The translations under genes and the position numbers were made by a program. From Candidatus Bathyarchaeota archaeon (GTDB lineage: Archaea; Thermoproteota; Bathyarchaeia; TCS64): a stretch of DNA of 18,305 nucleotides. The stretch spans positions 1-18,305 of the forward strand of contig JBDRQD010000012.1 in assembly GCA_043826455.1 (NCBI GenBank). The letters are read 5' to 3'. Shown here in pieces: positions 5,984-14,310 of the stretch. The notes under the pieces were generated by a model. The model worked only from the letters and a program-made list of their open reading frames with translations. It was not told where the DNA came from and did not search any database. How positions within the stretch are numbered: position 1 is the stretch's first letter; each line of letters starts with the position of its first letter.

Positions 5984-7165
5984 CTATGCCACCATCTTCT
6001 CCCGAGTCTTCTCGTACCGCTCCCGCTCACGGATCCACGTCTGGACCTCCTCCAGCTGGGCCCGCAGCTCCGCGTTCTCGGCCTCCACCTGGCCGACCCT
6101 CTCGGTCAGGTTCTGGAAGGCGGCCTTGCTGATGCCTTGGGCGGAGTCGGATAGGGCGGTGAGCTCGTCTCTGCTGGTCTTCTCCACGGCTAGCAGGTGC
6201 TCGTAGTTGGCGTATATCTCCCTGAGCTCGTCCAGGGGTATGTTGATGTAGGTGCTCTTCTCCTGCCCGATCTCGTGGCCCATGAGGAACTCTATGAGCT
6301 GCCCATCCATCTTCCCGGTGAGCCTGGACCGGAAGGCTGCCCGTAGGCTGTGGGCGCGGGCCGGGTTGAAGGAGTTCTCCAGGTCCTCCTCGTAGATGAA
6401 GTTGAGCTTCTCGGCGTACCGTCTCAGCATGACGCATACGGCGTTCCGTGGGAGCCGTTTCTCTGTCCCCAGCTTGGTGAACAGTGGAGCGTTATCCTTC
6501 AGGGGTTCCCTGGACTTGAGGTATAGTCGGAGGTACCGGACAGCGTCGGCGCCTATGAAGGTCCTCACCTGCACCCCCGTCTTCTCCCGGTACCCCTGCA
6601 TGGCCAGGGGCAATGTGCCGGCCTCGTACTCCCGCTTGATGTCCCGGTAGTCCAGCTTCAGTATATCGCCGAGGCTGAGCCCCGACTGGAAGGCTGTCAG
6701 CACCAGGGCCTTATCGCGCAGGTACTCGCAGGCGTCCACCAGCTGCTTGACCTGGTCCAGGGTCCACTCATGCTTGTCGTTCTGCTTGAGGGGCCTGTCG
6801 GGGGGCAGCTGTATGAACTCGAGGCTGAGGTTTACGCCATAGTACTTGAGGTAGTTCTGGAGGGCCGCCAGGCTCTGGCGTGCGGATTTGGGGGCGAAGC
6901 CTGTCTCCTCGAGCCACTTGATGAAGCCTCTGGTGGTGGCTTCCCCGGGTCTGATTCTCGCGGTCAGGCTGCGGTTCTTGTTCTGCTCTGTTTCTTGTTC
7001 GATCTCCTGGATGAAATCTGCCAGGGGTCTGCCATAGTAGTAGTTGAAGCGTCTGAGGGCTACCTTGTAGGCTTTGGCTGTGCCCGGCTTCTTGGTCTTC
7101 AGGAAACGGGTAGCGGTCTCGTCCAGATGGACGTCCCCCGTGGGGAACTTGCTGGTGTTAGGCAT
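5984..7165 (-). CDS. Tyrosine recombinase/integrase with C-terminal coiled-coil extension
   Basis: SAM-like N-domain (T..AY...LRRF), LRDKALV..AFQSGL box I, REKT, HSLR, LMGH and STY catalytic Tyr. ATG 7165 is preferred because TTATATA lies at 7196-7202; the ORF track extends to TTG 7189. Confidence 0.9.
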   Translation of the reverse strand: MPNTSKFPTGDVHLDETATRFLKTKKPGTAKAYKVALRRFNYYYGRPLADFIQEIEQETEQNKNRSLTARIRPGEATTRGFIKWLEETGFAPKSARQSLAALQNYLKYYGVNLSLEFIQLPPDRPLKQNDKHEWTLDQVKQLVDACEYLRDKALVLTAFQSGLSLGDILKLDYRDIKREYEAGTLPLAMQGYREKTGVQVRTFIGADAVRYLRLYLKSREPLKDNAPLFTKLGTEKRLPRNAVCVMLRRYAEKLNFIYEEDLENSFNPARAHSLRAAFRSRLTGKMDGQLIEFLMGHEIGQEKSTYINIPLDELREIYANYEHLLAVEKTSRDELTALSDSAQGISKAAFQNLTERVGQVEAENAELRAQLEEVQTWIRERERYEKTREKMVA

Positions 7166-7326
7166 GACGGTCAAATAGCCTTCAACCAACCCCCCTATAT
7201 AATTCTTTTCACTTCAGCTTACTTAATGTGAGTTTTTTTGGATTGCTCATAGCCGATTTCAGGTATCTCCGGTGGCACGCCATGATCCTGGAGAAGAGCT
7301 CCTGATCGACACAACCCATATATTTC

Positions 7327-7342
7327 ACCCAAAACTTTGGGT
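7327..7342. promoter_or_regulatory. Palindromic operator of the TA operon (ACCCAAA-AC-TTTGGGT)
   Basis: Perfect 7-bp inverted repeat between a TATA-like ATATATTT (7318-7325) and the antitoxin start, as expected for AbrB-type autoregulation. Confidence 0.55.
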
Positions 7343-7354
7343 AACTGACAAGGT

Positions 7355-7597
7355 TTGCACGAGACCACCTACCATAAAGACAAGATATACATCCCGCGGG
7401 AAGTCAAGGAGCGGCTCAGCCTCAGGGACGGGGATCGCCTGACCATCGAGGTGACGGACAGCGACGAGGCCAGAATAAAGATCCTGTCGAACGACCGGGC
7501 GACCATTGAGCTGTTGGAGCTTCTGGAGAACCCGCCCAGGATGGGCAAGATTAAAGGTAGGCTCACGAGGCGCGACATATATGAGGATGTTACTTGA
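7355..7597 (+). CDS. vapB: AbrB/MazE/SpoVT-family antitoxin (80 aa)
   Basis: KIYIPREVKERLSLRDGDRLTIEV is the swapped-hairpin signature. Overlaps the PIN gene. Confidence 0.85.
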   Translation: MHETTYHKDKIYIPREVKERLSLRDGDRLTIEVTDSDEARIKILSNDRATIELLELLENPPRMGKIKGRLTRRDIYEDVT

Positions 7598-8027
7598 CAC
7601 CAATGTCCTCGTGTACGCCATCAACTCTGAGTCGCCCAAACACGCCTCATCAGCACAGGTGCTCCATGATGCTCTGACTGGCCGCATCCAGGCCTGCATA
7701 GCACACCAGAGCATCCACGAGTTCTACTCCGTAGTGACAAACAGGAAGAAAGTTCAAAGCCCATTGACTCCCAGTCAGGCTCACATGGTAGCTACGCTAC
7801 TGCTGCAGACGCCGCGGGTAGAGAAGCTGGCCCAGGACCAGTCAACGACGCAGCTGGCCCTGGCCCTGGCTGATGAGCACGGTGTATCAGGCCCCCCGTT
7901 CTTTGACTGCCTCCTGGCCGCCACAGCGAAACAGCACAACATAGGCACCATTGTGACGGAGAACACGAAGGATTTTTCGCTGTATACCTTCATCAAAGCC
8001 GTCAAATCGGGCTCAGACAGCCTATAA
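7581..8027 (+). CDS. vapC: PIN-domain toxin, VapC family (148 aa)
   Basis: LLDTNVLVYA, HEFYSVVT, FDCLLAATA and TENTKDF acidic motifs. ATG 7581 (or 7587) overlaps the antitoxin stop. Confidence 0.9.
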   Translation: MRMLLDTNVLVYAINSESPKHASSAQVLHDALTGRIQACIAHQSIHEFYSVVTNRKKVQSPLTPSQAHMVATLLLQTPRVEKLAQDQSTTQLALALADEHGVSGPPFFDCLLAATAKQHNIGTIVTENTKDFSLYTFIKAVKSGSDSL

Positions 8028-8093
8028 GTAGTCTAGTTATGCTTGTTATCGGGTGAAAGGGGGATTATTTTTAGCGGAAAGAGGTGCCGCTGC

Positions 8094-9101
8094 CTAGCCG
8101 CAGACGGCCTTGATGAGCCTCAGATGGTTGCCGCCTAGTATATTCCTCACATCGTCCTCGCCGTAGCCTCTTTTTACTAGTTCAGCTGTTAATCCGGGCA
8201 TCCTAGTCACGTCCTCCAGGCCCTCAGGGGTTGACGGGATGCCGTCGAAGTCGCTGCCCAGCCCCACGTGGCCCGGCCCAACGAGCTCCACTATGTGGTC
8301 TATGTGGTCCACCACTCCCGCCAACGTCGCCCTCTTCGAGTGGACGAAGCCTGGGGCGAAGTTCATCCCCATGACGCCCCCCTTCTCCGCCAGGGCACTG
8401 ATCATGTCGTCAGTCATGTTCCTGGGGTGGTCGCAGACCGCCCTCGCATTGCTGTGGCTGGCGACGACGGGGTCACTGCTAAGCTCCAACGCGTCCCGGA
8501 AGCCCTCGTCGTTCAGGTGGCTCACGTCAACGATCATGCCCAGCCTGTTCAGCTCGTCGACGGCCTGGGCCCCCAGCTCGCTGAGGCCGCCCCCTGTGCG
8601 CCTGTCGGCCACGCCGTCAGCCAACTCGTTCCTGATGCTGTGGACCAGGCCCACCATGCGTACCCCCAGCCTGTGGAAGACGCGGAGCACGTCCACGCTG
8701 CCCTCCAGGACGTCCGCGCCCTCGATGCTCAGCATGGCCGCCACCTTCCCAGCCCTCTTGGCCTGAACTATCTCGTCGTGGGTGGTCACAGGAACCATGG
8801 CGCCGCTGTTGGCCTCACACTCTCTGTAGAACCGGTCGATCATCTCCAGCGCTGTCCTGAGGCTGTGGCTGGGGGTCCTGCTCCGCTCCCCGCTGATGGC
8901 GAAGACCTGGCACGTGACGCCCCCCTCCAGGAGCCTGGGGACATCCACGTGGCCCATGCTGCTCCTAGCCCCCATGCCTACCTTGCTTCGGTCACCCCAC
9001 ATGCTGTCCCTGGGCCGGGTGAACACCGGCAGAAGGCACTTCAGCGTGTCGCAGTGGGTGTCCACCACAAACGAGTCCCTGTGAAGCTTAACGTAGTCCA
9101 A
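8094..9101 (-). CDS. Membrane (renal) dipeptidase, peptidase family M19
   Basis: DTHCD, SIEG, DVSH, SHSNA and GSDFDG motifs. Confidence 0.93.
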   Translation of the reverse strand: MDYVKLHRDSFVVDTHCDTLKCLLPVFTRPRDSMWGDRSKVGMGARSSMGHVDVPRLLEGGVTCQVFAISGERSRTPSHSLRTALEMIDRFYRECEANSGAMVPVTTHDEIVQAKRAGKVAAMLSIEGADVLEGSVDVLRVFHRLGVRMVGLVHSIRNELADGVADRRTGGGLSELGAQAVDELNRLGMIVDVSHLNDEGFRDALELSSDPVVASHSNARAVCDHPRNMTDDMISALAEKGGVMGMNFAPGFVHSKRATLAGVVDHIDHIVELVGPGHVGLGSDFDGIPSTPEGLEDVTRMPGLTAELVKRGYGEDDVRNILGGNHLRLIKAVCG

Positions 9102-9153
9102 ACGCGTCCCTGATCAGACTTGTACGGTGGTCTAATAAGACTGGCGGAGGCGC

Positions 9154-9483
9154 CTAGATGACGAACCTGCTCTGATCTTCGTCCCGCTGCTTGCCAAGCC
9201 CCTTCTGCATGCCCTGGTCCGTCACGTCAAGGTCGTACTCTATGAAGCCGGTGACCATGTCGATGATCCTGTCGCTCATCTCCTGGAGCTCGTCGCGGTT
9301 GAACTGGCTCATCACCTCGGGGCTGTTCACCCACTGCATCCAGCCTCCCAGGCTCTGGCTGAGGGCGCTGAAGCTGAACCTCATGCTCTTCAACAGGTCG
9401 AGCCTGTCCATGTCCCTCTTCTCCTTCAGTAATCGCAGCTGCTCCATGGTCTTCTCACTCCTGTCGATCCAGGTGCTGTTCAT
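9154..9483 (-). CDS. DUF2153-family archaeal protein
   Basis: DRLDLL..MR......QSL.GW.QW...P helical pattern typical of DUF2153. Confidence 0.75.
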   Translation of the reverse strand: MNSTWIDRSEKTMEQLRLLKEKRDMDRLDLLKSMRFSFSALSQSLGGWMQWVNSPEVMSQFNRDELQEMSDRIIDMVTGFIEYDLDVTDQGMQKGLGKQRDEDQSRFVI

Positions 9484-9516
9484 ATCTTTACCCGGGATAG
9501 ACTCTTGCGGCGGGTA

Positions 9517-10708
9517 TTAAACTGTGTGGACTGCGGCCCGGGGCTCGGTGATGAAGAAGGCGGGCACCAGGCTGACGATGGTCACAGCCGAGATGTAGGT
9601 GAAGCCCCAGCCGAACCCGAAGAGCTCTATGATGTACCCGAAGACCACGCTGCTCACAGAGGCCAGGGTGAACCCAATGGTGAAGTAGAGGCCGAATATC
9701 TGGTCCAGTTGGCTCCGCTCAACAGAGTCTGAAAGCACGCTCTGCACTATCACAGTCTGCACCATGAACCCCGTCAGGAACAGCACCGCGGCCAGGAGCC
9801 ACAGGTCGGTGACCACCCCGACAAGGTAGTAGAGGACGCCGCTCGACGCCACAACGCCTATGATCAGGGGCTTCCTGTTCACCCTGTCGCTCAGGTACCC
9901 CCAGAAGAAGGGCCCAGCCACCCCTCCGAACAGGAGGACGCTGTACAGGACGCTGCTGGTCTCCGGGGTCACCCCCAGCACGTTGATGAAGTATAGGGGC
10001 AGGAAGGTGCGGACGCCCATCCTGAAGGCCATCACGCTGCGCAGCAGGCTGATGGCCAGCACGTTCCTGTTCCGGAGGGCCTCTCTGAGCCTGCCCCAGC
10101 TGAGGGCGTCCCTGGTGGTGGCCTCCGCCTGATCTGAGCCCCTCACCAGGAAGATCATCACCAGGGACACCAGGAGCGCCGGCACCGAGAGCACCCCCAG
10201 AGTCAGCCTCCACCCCATCCTCGTCACCAGATACGCAGCCAGCAGCGGCGTCAGGCTGAAGGCCAGGCTGGGGGCCGACTGGTTCAGGCCCAGCATCCTT
10301 CCCCTCTTGGATGGGTCAGACGCCGTGGACACCAGGGACGCCCCCACAGGGTGCTGGGGGCTGCTCCCCACGCCTGCCAGGACGCTGAGGGCGAAGAACT
10401 GGGTGAACCCCCGGCTGACGCTGGTCAGCAGGTTCAGCCCCGCGTTGATCAGGTTGCCCCCCCCCTATGAGGACGCGGCCGCTCATCCACCTTCTTAGCA
10501 CCCCCACGAACATCTGGGGGAACCCCGCCGAGAAGGTGGCTGCCGAGCGTATGAGGCCCAGCTGGCTGTAGCTGAGGCTGAACTCGTTCATGATGTCCGG
10601 GTACAGGATGGGTAGGCCGCCGCTCACCATGTGGTTCAGGGTGTGGAGGACTATGACCATCCCCACCAGAACCTTGTTGCCCTTCTCCGGGTTCTCCTCT
10701 CTACTCAA
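9517..10708 (-). pseudogene. MFS transporter split by a +1 frameshift in a G9 run (possibly a sequencing error)
   Basis: The N-terminal TM helices of ORF 10316-10708 join the frame of ORF 9517-10371 (…VLIGGG|NLINAGLNLL…GVGSSPQHP) if one G is removed at 10457-10465, giving 396 aa. MFS motif GYLSDRVNRK. Confidence 0.8.
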
Positions 10709-10805
10709 AATAATCGAATCGATTAAGCCTCATCATTATATGTTTGTATCGGTAGCCCGAGTGATCGAAGACTTAAATTTAGGGGCCAAGGTTAGTTGTC
10801 GATGG

Positions 10806-10892
10806 GCCGGGGTCGCTTAGCCTGGTAGAGCGCCAGCCTGGAAAGCTGGTGTCCGCAAGGACACAAGGGTTCAAATCCCTTTCCCGGCGCCA
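10806..10892 (+). tRNA. tRNA-Ser: tRNA-Ser(GGA), intronless, CCA encoded
   Basis: Acceptor GCCGGGG/TCCCGGC, anticodon arm CCAGC-CTGGAAA-GCTGG, long variable arm TGTCC-GCAA-GGACA, T arm AAGGG-TTCAAAT-CCCTT, discriminator G. TATA-like TTAAAT at 10773-10778. Confidence 0.97.
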
Positions 10893-10952
10893 AAAACATA
10901 CCCCAAAACCATACCGGGGATTCATAACCGTTTTACGAAGATAAAACAAGGT

Positions 10953-11375
10953 ATGCTGGTCCGTGGCATGTCGGAGACGAAGAGGAAGTACTTCACCTTT
11001 GAGGAGGAAGAGTTGAAGTGGATAGACCCTCTCCTCTATGAATGGTCTAAGAACGAGGGGAAGCCCTATAGCGACCTCATCCTGCAGCTGCTGAAAGATT
11101 ACAGAGACAGGGAACCGCCTCTAAGAGACACACTGGACATGGCCGCCAGCTCGATGAAGGATATACTGTCAGACTACTCGGCTCGATCCAAGGACGCTCT
11201 GAACGACGTCATGGAGAAATCGATGGACGGCTTGCAGACTGTACAGAGCAAATTGCAGTCTGGCGGAACCAAGTTAATGGATCAGTTTCACAGGGTAGAG
11301 TCAAACGTCCGCACAAAGCTGGAAGACGTCAAGGCTGAGAGAAGACAGCCAAACGACGACCCTGAAGAAGTTTAG
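10953..11375 (+). CDS. Hypothetical protein with RHH-like N-terminus and amphipathic helical C-terminus (alternative start 10968)
   Basis: KRKYFTFEEEELKWID...GKPYSDLILQLLKDY has a strand-helix-helix pattern. More A-rich than its neighbours. Confidence 0.7.
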   Translation: MLVRGMSETKRKYFTFEEEELKWIDPLLYEWSKNEGKPYSDLILQLLKDYRDREPPLRDTLDMAASSMKDILSDYSARSKDALNDVMEKSMDGLQTVQSKLQSGGTKLMDQFHRVESNVRTKLEDVKAERRQPNDDPEEV

Positions 11376-11452
11376 GCCCTATCCAAACTCCTCCTAGAAC
11401 AAGTGGCGCGCTCAAGTCATCCAGATTCATGCACTTATTTCGTCATAATGAT

Positions 11453-11482
11453 ACAGGGATTCAAATCCCTTTTCCAGCGCCA
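11453..11482 (+). repeat. Degenerate direct repeat of the tRNA-Ser 3' end (att-like scar)
   Basis: ACAGGGATTCAAATCCCTTTTCCAGCGCCA versus 10863-10892 ACAAGGGTTCAAATCCCTTTCCCGGCGCCA: 26/30 identical, ungapped. Confidence 0.85.
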
Positions 11483-11493
11483 ACCATAACCAG

Positions 11494-11883
11494 TTATTCC
11501 TGAACTAGGTGCAGTTCCGTGTCGTCGGGGTCCTTGAAGAAGACAGTGAGGCGGCCGGGCCTCCCTGCTATGGGGGTGGGTGGTGAGTCGAACCTTATCC
11601 TATCCTTGAGTCGACTATAGGAAGCAGCCACGTCGGGGACCCTGAACCCCATGTGCCTGAACCCTAGGTCACTGAGCCTCCTGGGCGGCCTGTGGGTCTC
11701 CAGGCCCTCCCGCTGGTGCATGAGCTCTATCTTGGTTTCGCCGAGCCTCATGACGGCGACCCTGTCGTCGGGCCTCTGTATGGTCTGGACGTGTTTGAAT
11801 CCTAGGAGCCTGTAGAACTCTACGCTGCGCTCCAGGTTCTGGACGACGATGAGGACGTGGTCGAAGGTGAAGTCCGCAGCCAT
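11494..11883 (-). CDS. VOC/glyoxalase-family protein
   Basis: DHVLIVVQNLERSVEFY..LLGF, IELM, HMGFRV.D and FFKDPD..LHL. Confidence 0.9.
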   Translation of the reverse strand: MAADFTFDHVLIVVQNLERSVEFYRLLGFKHVQTIQRPDDRVAVMRLGETKIELMHQREGLETHRPPRRLSDLGFRHMGFRVPDVAASYSRLKDRIRFDSPPTPIAGRPGRLTVFFKDPDDTELHLVQE

Positions 11884-12013
11884 CTATCTCTCGCCTCATA
11901 TCTCCCGTGGTTACCCACATAAAACACTGTCTTCCATGACGGGCTCCCGCTCCACGGCGTTAAGGCTTATCCGCGTACGCGTCTCAGCATCATGCGGACG
12001 GTTGGCGACATCA

Positions 12014-12967
12014 ATGAAGATCACTAAACCTCCTAAACTGGGTGAGGGCTCCACCCTGGGCATAGTGTCCCCCTCAATGACCATCGGCGACCTCAGGGAC
12101 GACTACGAGAGGGGCCTCAGGTGCCTGAGAGAGCTGGGTTTCAGGGTCAAGGAGGGCGAGACGACGAGGGCCACGGGCGGGGATATGCCGGGGAGCGACG
12201 AGGAGAGGGCCGCGGACATCAACAGCATGTTCGCCGACGACGAGGTGGACGGTATCATGTGCGCCATGGGGGGCAGGTACGCCCTCAGGACCCTCAGGCA
12301 CCTGGACTGGGGGCTAATCAGGGGGAACCCCAAGGTCTTCTCAGGGATGAGCGACATCACCACCTTCCACCTGGCCATGCTGGCCAAGGTCGGGCTGCCC
12401 TGCCTCCACCAGAGCGACGTGGTCTTCGGTTTCGGCGAGAGCCCGAGTAGCCCCGAGTGGAGCTACGAGACGGGCCTGTTCACCAGGGTGACGATGAGGC
12501 CTGAGGCCCTAGGCGTCTTCCCCAGGTTCAGCGAGTGGGAGTGCTGGCGAGGAGGCGAGGCAGAAGGCGTGCTCCTGGGGGGCCACACCACTACCCTGCA
12601 GAGCCTGATAGGTACCCCCTACTACCCTAGGCTTAACGTGAAGACGGTGCTTTTCATAGAGTCTATGAGCGTCTACCTCAACAGCCTGGAGAAGATACTG
12701 GTACAGATGCGGGAGGCGGGGCTCCTGGACCGGGTGACGGCGATCCTCGTTGGCAAGGTGCGGGGAGAGGAGGACAGCGCAGTCGTGGACAAGACCGACG
12801 AGGTCAAGGAGAGCGTCCTCATGGTCGCGGAGGAGCTCGATGTGCCCGTGGTGGCCAAGATGGACTTTGGTCACTACACTCCCAACCTGCCCCTGCCCAT
12901 AGGCTGCAGGGCCAGGGTGGACGCGGATAACCTTGAAGTAAGTATCACCGAATCCTACGTGATCTAA
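12014..12967 (+). CDS. Peptidase S66 (LD-carboxypeptidase/MccF family), 317 aa
   Basis: IVSPS, SDEERAADIN.MF.D, GMSDIT (Ser), FIES (Glu) and DFGH (His). ATG 12014 chosen; the upstream ORF extension overlaps the divergent VOC gene. Confidence 0.9.
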   Translation: MKITKPPKLGEGSTLGIVSPSMTIGDLRDDYERGLRCLRELGFRVKEGETTRATGGDMPGSDEERAADINSMFADDEVDGIMCAMGGRYALRTLRHLDWGLIRGNPKVFSGMSDITTFHLAMLAKVGLPCLHQSDVVFGFGESPSSPEWSYETGLFTRVTMRPEALGVFPRFSEWECWRGGEAEGVLLGGHTTTLQSLIGTPYYPRLNVKTVLFIESMSVYLNSLEKILVQMREAGLLDRVTAILVGKVRGEEDSAVVDKTDEVKESVLMVAEELDVPVVAKMDFGHYTPNLPLPIGCRARVDADNLEVSITESYVI

Positions 12968-12984
12968 ACCTCCTGAGGGGTCCC

Positions 12985-13602
12985 ATGGATATCAGTAAAG
13001 CGGTCGCCGGCGATGTTCCAGTCCTCGCTGAGACGCTCTCCCAGGCCTTCGACGAGGACCCCGTCATCTCCTGGGTCATCAGAGACGACGGTAAGCGCCC
13101 AGTCGCCCTCCGCCGCCTCTTCACCTACATACTCAGGGAGAGCATCCCCCACGGCGAGGTGACCACAACGCAGAAGCTGGACGCATGCGCCGTCTGGCTG
13201 CCCCCCGGGGTATGGACCGAGCCCCCGGCGCCACTGGAGTCCCTGCGGATGCTGCCGGAGACTCTGAGGTGGACGGGCCTGGGCAGGCTCCAAAGGTACA
13301 GGGACATGGACGCAGCCGAGTTCGCCAAGAGGCCCAGAGAGTCCCACTTCTACCTCGCCATCCTGGGCGTCAAGCCCTGTAGCCGGGGACATGGGCTGGG
13401 CTCAGCTCTCCTCAACCACACCCTGAGCCGGCTGGACGATGTGCGCCTACCAGCATACCTGGAGAACTCCAACGAGGCCAACGCCCTCCTGTACGAGCAC
13501 CACGGCTTCAGGGAGGTGGACATGATCAGGCTGAGAGGCGGCGGCCCATCCATGTGGTGCATGTGGCGTGAGCCCGGGGGCGACGCCTCGGATAATTATT
13601 AA
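12985..13602 (+). CDS. GNAT N-acetyltransferase, puromycin-acetyltransferase-like
   Basis: AF.EDP, AVWLPPG, HFYLAILGVKP..RGHGLGSALL, AYLENS...N..LYEHHGF. Confidence 0.9.
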   Translation: MDISKAVAGDVPVLAETLSQAFDEDPVISWVIRDDGKRPVALRRLFTYILRESIPHGEVTTTQKLDACAVWLPPGVWTEPPAPLESLRMLPETLRWTGLGRLQRYRDMDAAEFAKRPRESHFYLAILGVKPCSRGHGLGSALLNHTLSRLDDVRLPAYLENSNEANALLYEHHGFREVDMIRLRGGGPSMWCMWREPGGDASDNY

Positions 13603-13634
13603 GCCCTCACCCCCACCATAGGTCAGTGATTTAA

Positions 13635-14270
13635 TTGGTTAAGGTACTCGAGAACCTGTACAGCATAGACCACTCGGAGGCAGGGGACCACAGCCTGGAG
13701 ACCTGGGTCCTCAGCTGCAAGGAGGGTGTTGTCCTCATAGACGGCGGCATGAGGGAGACCGCCGTGGAGAACATAGGCAAAGAGCTCAAAGCCATGGGCA
13801 AAGGGTGGAGGGATGTAAAGCTCATCCTTGTCACCCACAAGCACGGGGACCATGTCAAGAACCTTCCCCGGCTGGTGGAGCTCACAGGCGCACCCGTGAA
13901 GGCCGAGGAGCACGAGGCGCCCCTCATCGAGGCGGCCGTGGGCGTCAAGGTGGGCAAGCTGAAGCATAAACAGGTCCTGGACTTCTGCGGCGGCGTCGAG
14001 GTGATCCACGTGCCGGGCCACTCCGAGGGCAACGCCTGCTACTACCTCCGAAAGTACAAGGCGCTGATAGCGGGGGACACCATATTCGGGGACCCCCAGG
14101 GCAGCCTGAACCCTCCCCCGGAGCGGTACTGCCTGGACGTGAAGCAGGCCACCAGGGAGATCAGGCGGCTCCTAGACTATGAGTTCGACCACATGCTCAT
14201 CACCCACGGCAAGGACGTCATGGGCGATGCAAGGGCGAAGGTCGAGAGGCTGGTAGAGGAGCGCTGCTGA
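13635..14270 (+). CDS. Metallo-beta-lactamase-fold hydrolase
   Basis: LIDGG, THKHGDH, PGHS.G, AGD and THG motifs. Confidence 0.92.
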   Translation: MVKVLENLYSIDHSEAGDHSLETWVLSCKEGVVLIDGGMRETAVENIGKELKAMGKGWRDVKLILVTHKHGDHVKNLPRLVELTGAPVKAEEHEAPLIEAAVGVKVGKLKHKQVLDFCGGVEVIHVPGHSEGNACYYLRKYKALIAGDTIFGDPQGSLNPPPERYCLDVKQATREIRRLLDYEFDHMLITHGKDVMGDARAKVERLVEERC

Positions 14271-14310
14271 GCGAAGACCATAATTATTGGCCGCCCGTAT
14301 TCAAGGTTTC

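Larger units (their letters stand above)
1..8060. mobile_element. Right-hand part of a putative integrated provirus or integrative element; left end outside the window, right boundary approximate
   Basis: Tyrosine integrase, divergent RHH regulator pair with an operator-like repeat array, chain of small overlapping ORFs including DUF6011, and a TA pair. Ordinary metabolic genes resume at 8094. No att pair was proven. Confidence 0.6.

Noticed and set aside
7255..7282. TTTCAGG...GGCACGCCA as a tRNA 3'-end att site beside the integrase
   Set aside because: It ends in CGCCA but has no T-loop consensus or T stem and does not match tRNA-Ser.
8239..9113. Plus-strand ORFs of 175 and 281 aa
   Set aside because: Antisense to a clear M19 dipeptidase.
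10316..10708. Separate 130-aa gene
   Set aside because: It is the N-terminal part of the frameshifted MFS gene, and its tail after the G run is out-of-frame sequence.
11849..12013. 55-aa N-terminal extension of the S66 ORF
   Set aside because: It overlaps the divergent VOC gene and its promoter region; family similarity begins at MKITKPPKL (12014).
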